Virus record (IMG/VR): IMGVR_UViG_3300030451_004451 | DNA from: a virus | Length of the DNA stretch: 57,645 nt | Direction: 5' to 3' (one strand) | Shown here: piece after piece, positions 26,706 to 36,800 of the stretch | Numbering within the stretch: the first letter of the stretch is position 1 | How the letters are laid out: the number at the start of each line of letters is the position of its first letter | The notes under the pieces: model-generated | Databases searched by the model: none | What the model was told of the DNA's origin: nothing | The model's input: the letters and a program-made list of their open reading frames with translations, nothing else | Position numbers and translations under genes: made by a program

Positions 26706-26745
26706 AACATATTCTTCATTAAGTTGTGGTATAAGTAAATTTATT

Positions 26746-27033
26746 TTAGCCAATTTTCCTCGCTTTTTTTAAAGATTCTTTTGCTTTTTTAGCAATACTA
26801 ACAACCTGATTTTTTCCCATTACTTTAGCACGTTGTTCCATTACTGTCAGTATTTGTATTTTTCTTGCATACGGTTTATTTATTTTTTTTACTTTAGCTA
26901 CTGTTTTTCTTGCATCAGTTGGTGTAGCAAATTTAATACTAACAGTGTCTTTAGGGTTTTCATCGGTATAAAGTCTTCTGCCACTTTTTTTTGGTTTTTT
27001 ACCAGTGCCTACTTTAGGGTCTCTTTTTGTCAT
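26746..27033 (-). CDS. conserved basic protein of unknown function
   Basis: GTGKKPKKSGRRLYTDENPKDTVSIKFATPTDARKTV...MEQRAKV; a pattern I recall from marine phage and giant-virus hypotheticals. Confidence 0.55.
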   Translation of the reverse strand: MTKRDPKVGTGKKPKKSGRRLYTDENPKDTVSIKFATPTDARKTVAKVKKINKPYARKIQILTVMEQRAKVMGKNQVVSIAKKAKESLKKARKIG

Positions 27034-27036
27034 TGT

Positions 27037-28956
27037 TTATCTCCTTCCATCTGGCTGGACATCAGCACGGAAAGAACCAAAACGCCAGCTTTCGTTTATA
27101 CTTTCATTCTCTATTTTCAAAGCTGCAAAACGTCCTCGTGCTCTTGTGTCAATTTTATTTGTAGATGATGTTATTGTAAAAGGTCCTAAACTTGATGATG
27201 TCTCTGTTTCTGCTGGAAAGTCTTTTAATAACAATGATATTTTTGCGTTACCATCTATCTTAGCAAAGTCTGGTATAAAACGTCTTATCTTAATAAAAAA
27301 CTCACCTTGTGTTCCCTCAAAGTCTAAACTAAAATCACCCGACTCAATAAAGGCGGGTATAGCTGTTCTGCCACCAGCACTATCTACTTGATCAGTTCCT
27401 GTTTCATGTTCATAAAAAGTGGTTGCACCTGCAGTATTTGTAATACCATTAATAGAAAAGTTAGGAACAGCTGTTGAATTAAATTCAGTTGCATAAGGAT
27501 TATCAAAAGTAATTTTATCTACATAAGTTGTTCTTGCAAGTGAGCTAGTTGTCCAAACACCCTCTCTGTAATTTAGAGTTACACATCTATCAATTACATC
27601 AGACCCAAATTTTGGATAGAACCAATTTATCTCTGTGAATAAAGAATTATATCCTGCAAAGATAATTTCATTTTGTTGAAAATTAAAACCTAAATCATCG
27701 CTGGATTGTGTGGTAAACACAAAATCTTCAACAGAACATGGTATTTTTTTTACACCACCTCCGTCATATACAAAGAAACCCCCAGTTCGTCCCATCCAGT
27801 ACACTACACCATCTACATGCACTATTGAATGTTGTGACATGGCTCCACAGTTTGTACCGACCTGTCTAATAGAAAATGTAAAAGGAGGACCCACAAATTG
27901 CATAATATAAGCTGAAGTATCTGTTACAATAAAAGTAACATCTTTAGCTCGTACAGCTCCTACAATTTTTGATCCAGAGTCTAACTGAAAAGTTCCTGCT
28001 GTGTTTGTAGAGGTAGCAGCATATGTTGTTCTGTCCTCTTGATCTGAAAAACGTATGAACATTTTGTCTTGTGATGCAACTGTGCCTATAGTGGTTTCAG
28101 TGCCTAAATGAATTAAATGTCTGTCTGTATCTGATACAATAGTTTGCACTGAGGCTGTCGGATTTGAAGTTACAAAAGTTGCTCTTGTAGTCAAAGCGTT
28201 TGAAGCTGAAGGATTCCATTCAAATGTTCTTCCGTTACGAACTGTGGCTATAAGAATTTCACCATAATTGTCTAATGACCAATTTCCCGGTTCAAGCACA
28301 GTGTCATCCGTGCTACTTGCCTCGCCCCAATTTTGGCTTCCACTCCAAGTCCCAGTACCCCAACCAAAACCTTGTGTCTGAATTAAAGGACCAATTTCTT
28401 CATAAGGAGTCACCGTAGCTGAGCCAGCTGCTGTAATACCAGATCCAGATTCATTAGCTGACATAGTAATTGTAAAAGTATTCGCACTTGGAACAGAGAT
28501 AACTTCAAAAGGATTTGTTGTGAAATCAGCAGTTGCAAACCCAGTCCCAGATCCCGGTAAAGTAACACTTGAAAAAACAACATACTCTCCAACTTTTAAC
28601 TCATGCCCAGTTTTATTTATTGTTACTGTAGCCGAGCCATTTGTTGTTGTAATTGTACAAGATGTTAAGGCTGTTCCGAGCGGTGAAATATCATAGAAGG
28701 CTCCCTCATAATATAAGAACAAACCTTTAGTAGTTCCTATTGCAATATATTTGTTGCCGTCTAAGGCAACCCAGTTGTGTATACCTCTTGCTACACCCGG
28801 TAAGGTGTTTACTATGGGTTGTGTCCACCCACCAATTTTTTCTGGTTCTCCATAACGAAATCTAACAAAATCACCATCTGTCCACTGATATTCAGCAGTG
28901 GTTTTTGTCATTTGTTTATTAAACCCTGGTTTGAATGGAATCTTTATTAAAGGCAT
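27037..28956 (-). CDS. tail protein candidate (639 aa)
   Basis: Large beta-rich ORF immediately downstream of the fibre genes; N-terminus MPLIKIPFKPGFNKQMTKTTAEYQWTDGDFVRFRYGEPEKIGGW. Confidence 0.4.
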   Translation of the reverse strand: MPLIKIPFKPGFNKQMTKTTAEYQWTDGDFVRFRYGEPEKIGGWTQPIVNTLPGVARGIHNWVALDGNKYIAIGTTKGLFLYYEGAFYDISPLGTALTSCTITTTNGSATVTINKTGHELKVGEYVVFSSVTLPGSGTGFATADFTTNPFEVISVPSANTFTITMSANESGSGITAAGSATVTPYEEIGPLIQTQGFGWGTGTWSGSQNWGEASSTDDTVLEPGNWSLDNYGEILIATVRNGRTFEWNPSASNALTTRATFVTSNPTASVQTIVSDTDRHLIHLGTETTIGTVASQDKMFIRFSDQEDRTTYAATSTNTAGTFQLDSGSKIVGAVRAKDVTFIVTDTSAYIMQFVGPPFTFSIRQVGTNCGAMSQHSIVHVDGVVYWMGRTGGFFVYDGGGVKKIPCSVEDFVFTTQSSDDLGFNFQQNEIIFAGYNSLFTEINWFYPKFGSDVIDRCVTLNYREGVWTTSSLARTTYVDKITFDNPYATEFNSTAVPNFSINGITNTAGATTFYEHETGTDQVDSAGGRTAIPAFIESGDFSLDFEGTQGEFFIKIRRFIPDFAKIDGNAKISLLLKDFPAETETSSSLGPFTITSSTNKIDTRARGRFAALKIENESINESWRFGSFRADVQPDGRR

Positions 28957-28957
28957 T

Positions 28958-31414
28958 TTACCTCGCAGTCACAAAGCTAGTCCCATCGCCATTGAAGGGG
29001 TTTTTAGCGAAGGCCATGTACGCATAAACGCCAGTACTTCTGTTAATTTGAGTATTAGTAGTTCTAGGTTTAAAACCATTTGATAATACGTCTAAATCTA
29101 TTGATGAACCATTATCACCTTGCGTTAAATCAGCAAACAAAGAATTATTAGTTGGATTTGAAATAAACCTTGCACCATCCCAAATTGGCCAGTTTTGATT
29201 ATTTCCTATTTCTTTGAACATTATCCACGCTGGCAAAAATCCTGTATAAATAAACGGACCATTTGCATGTCCGTTTCCATTGTATTTTCCAAATTTACTA
29301 AAGCCATCAACGCCATGCCAGCAGTACGCAATCATGCTATCGCCAGACCCATTAACAGAATTTGCATTAGTACCCCCACTTGCGACTTCAAATTTAGTTG
29401 CATCAATTTCACTATAATCAAATTTACCAGTTACGAAACTACCTGGTTTAATGGTATCATTTAATTTTGCATTTTGATCAGCGGTAAATTTATGATGATA
29501 AACCCACCAATCCGTTGTATCAGACATATTTTTAATTAATATCCATTCTGGTGCTGCAGAAAGTCCGTGCCCTATACCTGCCGTTGAAGCATTATTACCA
29601 GTCCATTGTACGATTGAGAAGCCTGCTGTCGTGTTTTTCTGTACGGTTGAGGCTATGTCAATATCTCCTGTAGCACTTATAGATTCTGTTGTCCCCGCAT
29701 TTGCTACCCAATTCCAAGCTACCATAGAATCATCGGCAGTATTTAAAACATTAATATCACCAGTTGCATAACCACCTTTTAAAAATTTAGTTAAATGATT
29801 TGAATCAAATGCTTCCGTATTTGTTCCACTAGAAATCAATCTTTTACCTACTCCTCTACTACTATCTACAAGTTGACTTGGTAAGGTAGCACCAGTGTTA
29901 TCTCGTGATTTAGCCCACACTAATCCACTTACACCTCTAGATGTTTCTGGTAAGTTGTCTTGTTGTATAGCAGAAAATCCATCTGGCGGGGTTGCTGCAA
30001 AAGTTCTTTGTCCAAAATTATATTCTCCAACACTATTAGAATCAGACCTAACCGCACAAGGATAGAATTTATTTATTCCATTTGCTCTGTGACAACCACC
30101 AACATCACCTACACCAGTAGCTGGATTTCCACTGTTAAACCAACCTGTCGTACCTCCAGAGCCTGAAACAGCTTTTCCGACGAACCCTTTTCCATTATCT
30201 AAATCCATAGCAAACATTAAAACATCATTTGCTTCAACTGTTGTATAATTTACTTCTTTAGTGTATTCGTGGTCAACAAACCAAGACCCAGCAGAATATT
30301 GTCCAGAAGCACCAGTTGATAAGGCACCAGAAAAATTACCACTACCTTGTGTACCAGTAGTACTAGCTTGAGAGCCTCCCGCACTTCCGTCATCTTTCCA
30401 ACCCCATAATCCAGCACCAACAGTTGTGATTTTTACCTCCCAATACCATTTGCCAGTATTTACCCCAAAACTCGGTTGTGCTACTGCTTGTGCAAATCCA
30501 CCTGATGTTCCTGTACTGACTGTTAAATTACCCTCACTCAAAGATGCACCAGAAGTAACATCAGCAAATGTGTTGTGATTTTGAGTGGGACTATCTGTGG
30601 TCTGGTCTGTGGTGGCTAAATTAGTTACACTAAAATCGTTAGTTGTGGATCTATCACTCGTTTGATAGTCATAACCTAAATTTGCAGCAGCACTATTGTT
30701 TTGAAAAGTTAAACGAAAACCATTCGTACCATAAGTGATACCACTTAGTGTCTTGGGGACCCAGCGTCCGGTTGAGGTGTCGGTGACGCCAAAGGTTTCT
30801 GGTCCATAGTTTGTGCCATCAATCCAATTTACTTCTGCTAAATATCCGTCAAAATATTCTGAGTTATTATATTGATATTTACCTATAGCGTGTACTACGT
30901 TTGCGTTAAAGTTTCCATTAGTATCAGTTATTGATCCAGTTGTTCCAAAAGTTTGCAAATCACCATCTACATAAATTTGTAATCTATCGCCTGCTGTTCC
31001 ATTGGATGCTTCATATCGTATTAAAAAATGATAGAATTTACTTGTATCTTCAAAAGTTCTATTAGTTATATATTCACCACCATTTGAAGGGTCATAAAAA
31101 TTAAATTGGTCAGATGAATTAAAACCCATAGTTGCAGCAGTGGAACCTCCCCCAGTTCTTCTTGATATTATTCTTTGACTCGCACCTAGTGTGCATCTTT
31201 TCACCCAAAAACTAAATGTCCATATTTTTTGATTACCAGAACCAAAAGTTCTATCTAAGTAAGCACTATCCCCATCATTAAATATAACACTATTAGCAAT
31301 TGTACCATTATCAGTAAAAGGTACGAACTTACCGACCCTTTGCCCAGTACCATTCCCTTCGTAAATAATTGGAAAGAAATATTCTTCGCCATTTGGTATC
31401 GTTGGTTCTGCCAT
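28958..31414 (-). CDS. tail fibre / receptor-binding protein with LamG-like and SPRY-like domains (818 aa)
   Basis: WTFSFWVKR...FDGYLAEVNWIDG (LamG-like); TGKWYWEVKITTVGAGLWGW (SPRY hallmark); C-terminal GFSIVQWTGNNASTAGIGHGL...WWVYHH module. Confidence 0.6.
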   Translation of the reverse strand: MAEPTIPNGEEYFFPIIYEGNGTGQRVGKFVPFTDNGTIANSVIFNDGDSAYLDRTFGSGNQKIWTFSFWVKRCTLGASQRIISRRTGGGSTAATMGFNSSDQFNFYDPSNGGEYITNRTFEDTSKFYHFLIRYEASNGTAGDRLQIYVDGDLQTFGTTGSITDTNGNFNANVVHAIGKYQYNNSEYFDGYLAEVNWIDGTNYGPETFGVTDTSTGRWVPKTLSGITYGTNGFRLTFQNNSAAANLGYDYQTSDRSTTNDFSVTNLATTDQTTDSPTQNHNTFADVTSGASLSEGNLTVSTGTSGGFAQAVAQPSFGVNTGKWYWEVKITTVGAGLWGWKDDGSAGGSQASTTGTQGSGNFSGALSTGASGQYSAGSWFVDHEYTKEVNYTTVEANDVLMFAMDLDNGKGFVGKAVSGSGGTTGWFNSGNPATGVGDVGGCHRANGINKFYPCAVRSDSNSVGEYNFGQRTFAATPPDGFSAIQQDNLPETSRGVSGLVWAKSRDNTGATLPSQLVDSSRGVGKRLISSGTNTEAFDSNHLTKFLKGGYATGDINVLNTADDSMVAWNWVANAGTTESISATGDIDIASTVQKNTTAGFSIVQWTGNNASTAGIGHGLSAAPEWILIKNMSDTTDWWVYHHKFTADQNAKLNDTIKPGSFVTGKFDYSEIDATKFEVASGGTNANSVNGSGDSMIAYCWHGVDGFSKFGKYNGNGHANGPFIYTGFLPAWIMFKEIGNNQNWPIWDGARFISNPTNNSLFADLTQGDNGSSIDLDVLSNGFKPRTTNTQINRSTGVYAYMAFAKNPFNGDGTSFVTAR

Positions 31415-31415
31415 A

Positions 31416-32831
31416 TTAACTCCCTATTAAATCCTTTACATTTTCAAAATATGTAAAACCTGTTGGTGTTGTTCCAGATAATTCTGACGATTTTTTTAAA
31501 TTAATAAATTGACTTGTTTGTTTTGAACAAACAGAAAATAAAACATTATCTCTTGGCATTTGTGTTGTGGTAGCTGTTAAAGTTGGATTAGTACCATTTG
31601 CAGGGTCTCCATCTGTGCCACCATCGGCTGCTATAAATTTCATAGTCGTATCACTAGCATCATATATACCTAAAAATATATTACCTGTATTCATATCAAC
31701 TACAACCCAAAATTCATCACTTGTTGAAAGTGGTACAGCTGGACTTGGACTAATATAACTATTGTTAATTCTATCATTTACTTCTGCATTTGAACTACTA
31801 GGTTGTATTCTTACTATATCTAAATCTTCATTTGACCCTGCCGCATCACCAAAGTCATCATCATCAGCAAATGATAATCCTATTTGCCAACCTGCTGTAG
31901 TGCTTACTTGGTCAACTGTATATGCAACTGCCCATTTACCAGTGCTCGGTACATTAGCTGTTAAACCAATAAGTGTTCTCGTCCCTGGACCAACATATCT
32001 TAAATTACCCTCAGATAATGTTCCTCCACTTCTTTGATTATTTAAAAAATTAAATGTAATCTGATTATTGGTAGGTGTATCAGCTCTTTGATCATTTGCT
32101 TCCATGTTATATGTAGTGTAATTATTACTACCCGCTTCATCATCTCCTAATTTCACAGGAGTTCCACTTGCATCACTTCCATTGATGTAAAAACCATTAG
32201 TACCAAATGTCAAACCACTTACATTTTTGGGAATCCATAAACCAGAACTATTAAATTCACCAAAACTAGAAGGGTATAGTGCTTGTCCATCAACTAATAC
32301 AATTTCTGCAAGGTAACCATCAAGATGTTGAGTGTCACTAAATAATCTACCAATATTATGAGCTTCAGTGTTATTTATATCTGTATCAAAGTCTTTAGTA
32401 GGGTAATCGGTTATAGACAAATCAGTTATTCTTCGTCCGTTTACAAAAATTCGTAATCTTTCTTCGTCAACAGGATGCGTTGTATCAGCAACAAGCTGGA
32501 TATTGTACCAAGCAGCGGTATCTCTAATTTTCATACTTGTTTTTACTTGATCTGTTACTGACCCTGAATCTGCGTGAACATATGAAATAACATCATCACT
32601 GTTAATTTGAAATCTACTGTTATTACTATCATCAGCACCAGCATTGAATAGCTGCATTGTTGAAGTTATATTACCTCTTTTAAGCCAACAACTAAATGTC
32701 CAAGTTCTTCTATTTCCAGCACTAGATGGAGTTCGTGCCATATATGCATCATCAGCAGAGTTAAACCTAATTGATTGGCTCACTGAGTGAACAGTATCTG
32801 CTGCGCTGTTGGCTCCTAAAATGAATGGCAT
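31416..32831 (-). CDS. paralogous LamG/SPRY-like fibre protein (471 aa)
   Basis: Collinear with the first ~330 aa of the 818-aa protein: WTFSCWLKR, LDGYLAEIVLVDG, GLWIPKNVSGLTFGTNGF, DTPTNNQITF, GTLSEGNL, STGKWAV. Confidence 0.6.
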   Translation of the reverse strand: MPFILGANSAADTVHSVSQSIRFNSADDAYMARTPSSAGNRRTWTFSCWLKRGNITSTMQLFNAGADDSNNSRFQINSDDVISYVHADSGSVTDQVKTSMKIRDTAAWYNIQLVADTTHPVDEERLRIFVNGRRITDLSITDYPTKDFDTDINNTEAHNIGRLFSDTQHLDGYLAEIVLVDGQALYPSSFGEFNSSGLWIPKNVSGLTFGTNGFYINGSDASGTPVKLGDDEAGSNNYTTYNMEANDQRADTPTNNQITFNFLNNQRSGGTLSEGNLRYVGPGTRTLIGLTANVPSTGKWAVAYTVDQVSTTAGWQIGLSFADDDDFGDAAGSNEDLDIVRIQPSSSNAEVNDRINNSYISPSPAVPLSTSDEFWVVVDMNTGNIFLGIYDASDTTMKFIAADGGTDGDPANGTNPTLTATTTQMPRDNVLFSVCSKQTSQFINLKKSSELSGTTPTGFTYFENVKDLIGS

Positions 32832-33464
32832 TTAGAAATCCTCCAGCTTTGGAAACTCCCCTAAAGGTCTTGTCATATCTGGACTTTCTTCTGTTCCAGT
32901 ATTTGTATATTCATAAAGAGTTTTTAGAGCATCAACATCACTTGCATTATCAATTTGTGTTTGCATTGCATTACATTTCGTTCTAACTGCTGCTCTAAAT
33001 TTTGCTATATTTGTTGGTAGAGTGTAATCAGACACTTCGCTGGCTTTAATAACATACCAATCGGTATTATTTAAAATACTTTGAGCTTCATCATTTATTT
33101 GTTTTTTCTTTACTGTTTTAAGACCCTCATTAATAATTTTATTACCATCTGCATCTAAAATATTTTTTCCATCCTCATCTTTGACCTCTACATCAACCAA
33201 ACTGTGTGCAGTAGCTTTGCCCCAAGTCATTTTTACAACTTTATTTTTGTCATCCACAGTATAAGTATGGGTAGTATTTCTATGGTATTCTGTATTTTTG
33301 TAATTTGTTCTGTCTTGTTGAACAGGGTATACACCTATTTCTGCTAACTCTGATTTACTCCATTTTGAGAAAACACCACTTGAATATTGATAATCACCAA
33401 TTTTAAAAGCTTGTGCTCCGTTAAAAATTTTTATAACCTGTCCATTTTTTACTTGTGCCCACAT
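32832..33464 (-). CDS. tail fibre accessory/assembly-like protein
   Basis: N-terminus MWAQVKNGQVIKIF...SKSELAEIGVYPV; C-terminus ILNNTDWYVIKASE...FRAAVRTKCNAMQTQI resembles the DUF4376-type pattern (memory). Confidence 0.35.
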   Translation of the reverse strand: MWAQVKNGQVIKIFNGAQAFKIGDYQYSSGVFSKWSKSELAEIGVYPVQQDRTNYKNTEYHRNTTHTYTVDDKNKVVKMTWGKATAHSLVDVEVKDEDGKNILDADGNKIINEGLKTVKKKQINDEAQSILNNTDWYVIKASEVSDYTLPTNIAKFRAAVRTKCNAMQTQIDNASDVDALKTLYEYTNTGTEESPDMTRPLGEFPKLEDF

Positions 33465-33472
33465 AATATTTC

Positions 33473-34522
33473 CTAACTAAGTGTTAAATTTAAATTTCTT
33501 CCTACTTCAAGAAACTTTGAACCATTATAATAGAATACAAAAAGATCACCTTTTGCAGCAGTGGTGGTTAATGTTGGAGCAGTGTCTCCAGTAAATTCAA
33601 ATACTGCATTAAATGTTGGTTCACGAGTTCCTGTTCCATCCTGAATTATTAAGAGTGATACAAACTGTCCTGTTGAACCATTTGTAGGTGCAGCAAAAGT
33701 TCTATTTCCACCTAAAGTTACCTTTGCAACTGGTGCTGCTTGCACATCCCAATTTATTGTTGCACCATCTGTTAATGTGGCTTCTGGAAAATAAGCCGCA
33801 TCGTTAAATTTAAACTTACCATTACCTTTAGCGGTAAAAGCTAAACCTACATTCGTATCACCACCACTTACTGCAAGTCCTACATCATTTCCCGTAGCTG
33901 CGTTTGTAATTTCTAATTCATTTACAGCACTAGCTGTTTCTTGAAATATTATTTGTTCGTTTCCGTTTGAATCTGCAATAAAACCAGCATCTGCAAATTT
34001 AGGCTTAGTTAAAGTTACAGCACTAACACCACCACCAACAATTGTTCCTGAATTTGTTATTGTGCCTGAAAAGGTTTTGTTAGATAAAGTATCTGTTGAT
34101 GCCGTTGTAACAATTCCTGTATCAACAATATTAGTTCCATCCGAATATAAAACTCGTTTTGTTTTATCGGCTGCTGCAAAAGTGTAGCCAGTGCCACTTA
34201 CAGTTTTGAATTGAACTGTGTGTGCACCCGAAGTCTCGTTTGATATTATGTAAACTTTTTCTATACTGTTCGGAATAGTTACAATTTGATTACCTGTTAT
34301 TGTTCCTGATAATTTTATAACTGCGTTTCGAGCATTGGATATTGTCGCATCCGACATTAATAAAGCTGTTGTTTGTGCACCACCTGCAATCGAAACATCT
34401 TGATAGCCAGCAATAGCTTGTTCAAATAATTCAAAATTGTTATTTGTTTTTGTACCCCAAGTTCCTGAATTAGTACCTGTGACCTGAAGCTCAATTCCTA
34501 AACTGTTTGTGTATGAAACCAT
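33473..34522 (-). CDS. tail fibre-like protein
   Basis: 349 aa, G/T/A-rich beta repeats, TDTLSNKTFSG motif typical of fibre shafts. Confidence 0.5.
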   Translation of the reverse strand: MVSYTNSLGIELQVTGTNSGTWGTKTNNNFELFEQAIAGYQDVSIAGGAQTTALLMSDATISNARNAVIKLSGTITGNQIVTIPNSIEKVYIISNETSGAHTVQFKTVSGTGYTFAAADKTKRVLYSDGTNIVDTGIVTTASTDTLSNKTFSGTITNSGTIVGGGVSAVTLTKPKFADAGFIADSNGNEQIIFQETASAVNELEITNAATGNDVGLAVSGGDTNVGLAFTAKGNGKFKFNDAAYFPEATLTDGATINWDVQAAPVAKVTLGGNRTFAAPTNGSTGQFVSLLIIQDGTGTREPTFNAVFEFTGDTAPTLTTTAAKGDLFVFYYNGSKFLEVGRNLNLTLS

Positions 34523-34551
34523 AATTATCCTTTTAATGTATTATAAGCGAC

Positions 34552-34992
34552 TTACGCAGCTTTATCAACCTCTGTCCAAGTTGAAGTCGAGCCTCTGTTA
34601 ACTTCTGCCCAACCTGTTACAGCGACACTTCCTAAACCACTTGTTAAATTAAAACCTGTTACTAATATTGGAGAACTTATTACATCATCTGCATCTCCTA
34701 ATGTAATACTTAAACTTAATCCAGTTAACGCTACTTCTTGTCCAGGTGTAGCCGAAAAAGATCCAAAAGATAAAGTGCTACTTAGTCCAGTAAGTGTAAC
34801 TAGAGCGTCACCTGTAATTGAAGGAGTGCCTATAGAAGAAGTTAAAAGAAGGCTTACGGCTTCTCCTACACTAGCTAATTCAGCGTTACCAACAGCAGAT
34901 GTAAGTGTAAGACCACTTAACGTTACGTCAGTATCGGCGTTTTCTCCCCAGTTACCTTGTCCCCAAGTATACGAACCCCAAGTGCTAGACAT
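34552..34992 (-). CDS. virion protein with about five tandem ~22-aa V.LTGL.L.S.LG repeats
   Basis: WGSYTWGQGNWG N-terminus, then VTLSGLTLTSAVG / VSLLLTSSIG / VTLTGLSSTLSFG / VALTGLSLSITLG / LVTGFNLTSGLG. Confidence 0.5.
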   Translation of the reverse strand: MSSTWGSYTWGQGNWGENADTDVTLSGLTLTSAVGNAELASVGEAVSLLLTSSIGTPSITGDALVTLTGLSSTLSFGSFSATPGQEVALTGLSLSITLGDADDVISSPILVTGFNLTSGLGSVAVTGWAEVNRGSTSTWTEVDKAA

Positions 34993-34998
34993 TCTAAC

Positions 34999-35436
34999 CT
35001 AGCTAATTCTTATAATTGCAGCTGATGTGGTAAATGCAGGAAACTGAATGGTAAACGTTCCAGAAGTTGCAGTTTTTTCAGAACCAAAATCTAAAACAGC
35101 TACAGCAGGATCTCCTGATGCAGTATCATTATATATCAAAGCTCCTTTTGCAGTCAAAGTTACACCAGTGTAAGATCTATCAGCAAAATCAACTATTGCA
35201 GTATTAGTAGCAACTGATGTTCCACCATTAACTAAAGCTTTACCACTAGCAACGTATTGACCAGAAGCCGATACCTCACCATCTGTTGTGTAACTGGTAG
35301 TTGATTTACCAAGAACAGCAGAGGCGGTGTACAAAGCTAATTTAAAACTGTTTCCTCCAGTTTGTTTGAAGTTATGTGTTCCTTCAAGCAACTCTTTCTT
35401 AAACGAATTTGTTAATACACTTGTTGTTATAGCCAT
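34999..35436 (-). CDS. hypothetical virion protein
   Basis: 145-aa beta-rich ORF in the tail/adaptor cluster. Confidence 0.5.
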   Translation of the reverse strand: MAITTSVLTNSFKKELLEGTHNFKQTGGNSFKLALYTASAVLGKSTTSYTTDGEVSASGQYVASGKALVNGGTSVATNTAIVDFADRSYTGVTLTAKGALIYNDTASGDPAVAVLDFGSEKTATSGTFTIQFPAFTTSAAIIRIS

Positions 35437-35453
35437 ATTATTACTCCATAAAA

Positions 35454-36104
35454 TTAAGGTGAAGGTGACGGTATGGGCAATCTTGGAACGCCTTCTTCAT
35501 ACTGTCCTCTTCTACGTTGTCCCATTTGCTGTAATGCAAATGCTTGAACATCTTCATTATACTTATCTAAGTACACTTTGTATAGCTCTGCTGGTCCTTT
35601 TAAATACCTGAAACATTCACTCAAAACACCATTGAGTAACATAGCTTCTTGGTAAGTCGATAGATAAGTATTGTTAGATGAATCAAAATGTGGTGGGTCT
35701 ATTATATAATTAATCTGAACTGTGTATTCGGCATTAGGTACAGGCGCCATTACAATTGTTAAATCATCCCAATTCGCGTAATATTTAGGAACTCCTGTTG
35801 CATCTGATGAATTATATTCTGATATAAAACTCGTATCTCTTTTTTCTAAAAAAGTCCGTACTCCAGAATTTGTTACTTGTACAGACCTTAAATAAATTAA
35901 ATCTGAAGGCATTGTAAGATATCTTTGTGAAGTAATCGTATTGGAAGTTGAGTATTTTCTTAAATCGTCATAATCAACTTTACCTGCAATATCAACCTCG
36001 ACATGTCTTATAAATTCATCTAAAAGATTATCTGTTAAAACATTTGAATCCACTTCTGTATAATTACGTACTTGTGTTAAAAAATTTGAATTAGTTATTG
36101 CCAT
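35454..36104 (-). CDS. hypothetical virion protein (adaptor/connector candidate)
   Basis: 216 aa; assignment rests on position between the head-proximal genes and the fibres. Confidence 0.3.
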   Translation of the reverse strand: MAITNSNFLTQVRNYTEVDSNVLTDNLLDEFIRHVEVDIAGKVDYDDLRKYSTSNTITSQRYLTMPSDLIYLRSVQVTNSGVRTFLEKRDTSFISEYNSSDATGVPKYYANWDDLTIVMAPVPNAEYTVQINYIIDPPHFDSSNNTYLSTYQEAMLLNGVLSECFRYLKGPAELYKVYLDKYNEDVQAFALQQMGQRRRGQYEEGVPRLPIPSPSP

Positions 36105-36107
36105 AAT

Positions 36108-36800
36108 TTACCCTGAAATATTTATTGTACCACCCATACCTGAATGATTAGAACAGTAGTAGTATAAAGTATCTGGTGCATCACCTGCCACAGTTATTTG
36201 CGTATAAGCACCTGACGTACCTGGCACTCCACTTGTAGTCACCCCTGTTGTGTATGGTGAACCTCCGGCATGCGTCCCGTTACTTGTGGTTGAAAGCCTT
36301 AGTGGGTGGTTGTCATTTGTGCTAGCCGACTGATCAAATTTATAAGTTTGACCTCTAGTGAAAGATAAGGTTTTCTGCTGAACACCATCTATAAAATAAT
36401 AATTACTGCCACTTACATTCGCAACGGTTGTGGTCAGTGTCGTTAAAGTATCTGTGCTTACAATACTAACAGTTCCTAATGACATTGTTGCACTATAGCT
36501 TGTAAGTTCTGTGCCTAAAATACCTTGACCATCAGTGGGTCTCATACCAGGATTTGTGAGCAAACCATTTGTAATATATAAAAGAAAATCACCTGTATTA
36601 TCAGGTGTTCTTGGTCTTGCATTTGCTAATGCTATTGCATCAGCTTTAATATGTTTTCTTCTTATCTGAGGATGTTTTGCCTCAAATTCAGATTTATGAA
36701 CAAAAGAACCATTCCATTCTTTAACCATCTCATTGTATGGAAAAGCCATGCCAGAGCGGTCTGAAATTGCTTGAGCATATTTACCTCTAGCGTATCCCAT
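36108..36800 (-). CDS. virion-module protein with C-terminal cupredoxin-like domain
   Basis: ...GQTYKFDQSASTNDNHPLRLSTT...(about 45 aa)...DTLYYYCSNHSGMGGTINI: His ... Cys-x2-His-x2-Met spacing, as in type-1 copper sites. Confidence 0.5.
   Translation of the reverse strand: MGYARGKYAQAISDRSGMAFPYNEMVKEWNGSFVHKSEFEAKHPQIRRKHIKADAIALANARPRTPDNTGDFLLYITNGLLTNPGMRPTDGQGILGTELTSYSATMSLGTVSIVSTDTLTTLTTTVANVSGSNYYFIDGVQQKTLSFTRGQTYKFDQSASTNDNHPLRLSTTSNGTHAGGSPYTTGVTTSGVPGTSGAYTQITVAGDAPDTLYYYCSNHSGMGGTINISG

Noticed and set aside
26833-27391. Plus-strand ORFs 26833-27168 and 27005-27391
   Set aside because: They are antisense to the conserved basic protein and the 639-aa tail protein, and their translations are Phe/Ser/Cys-rich.
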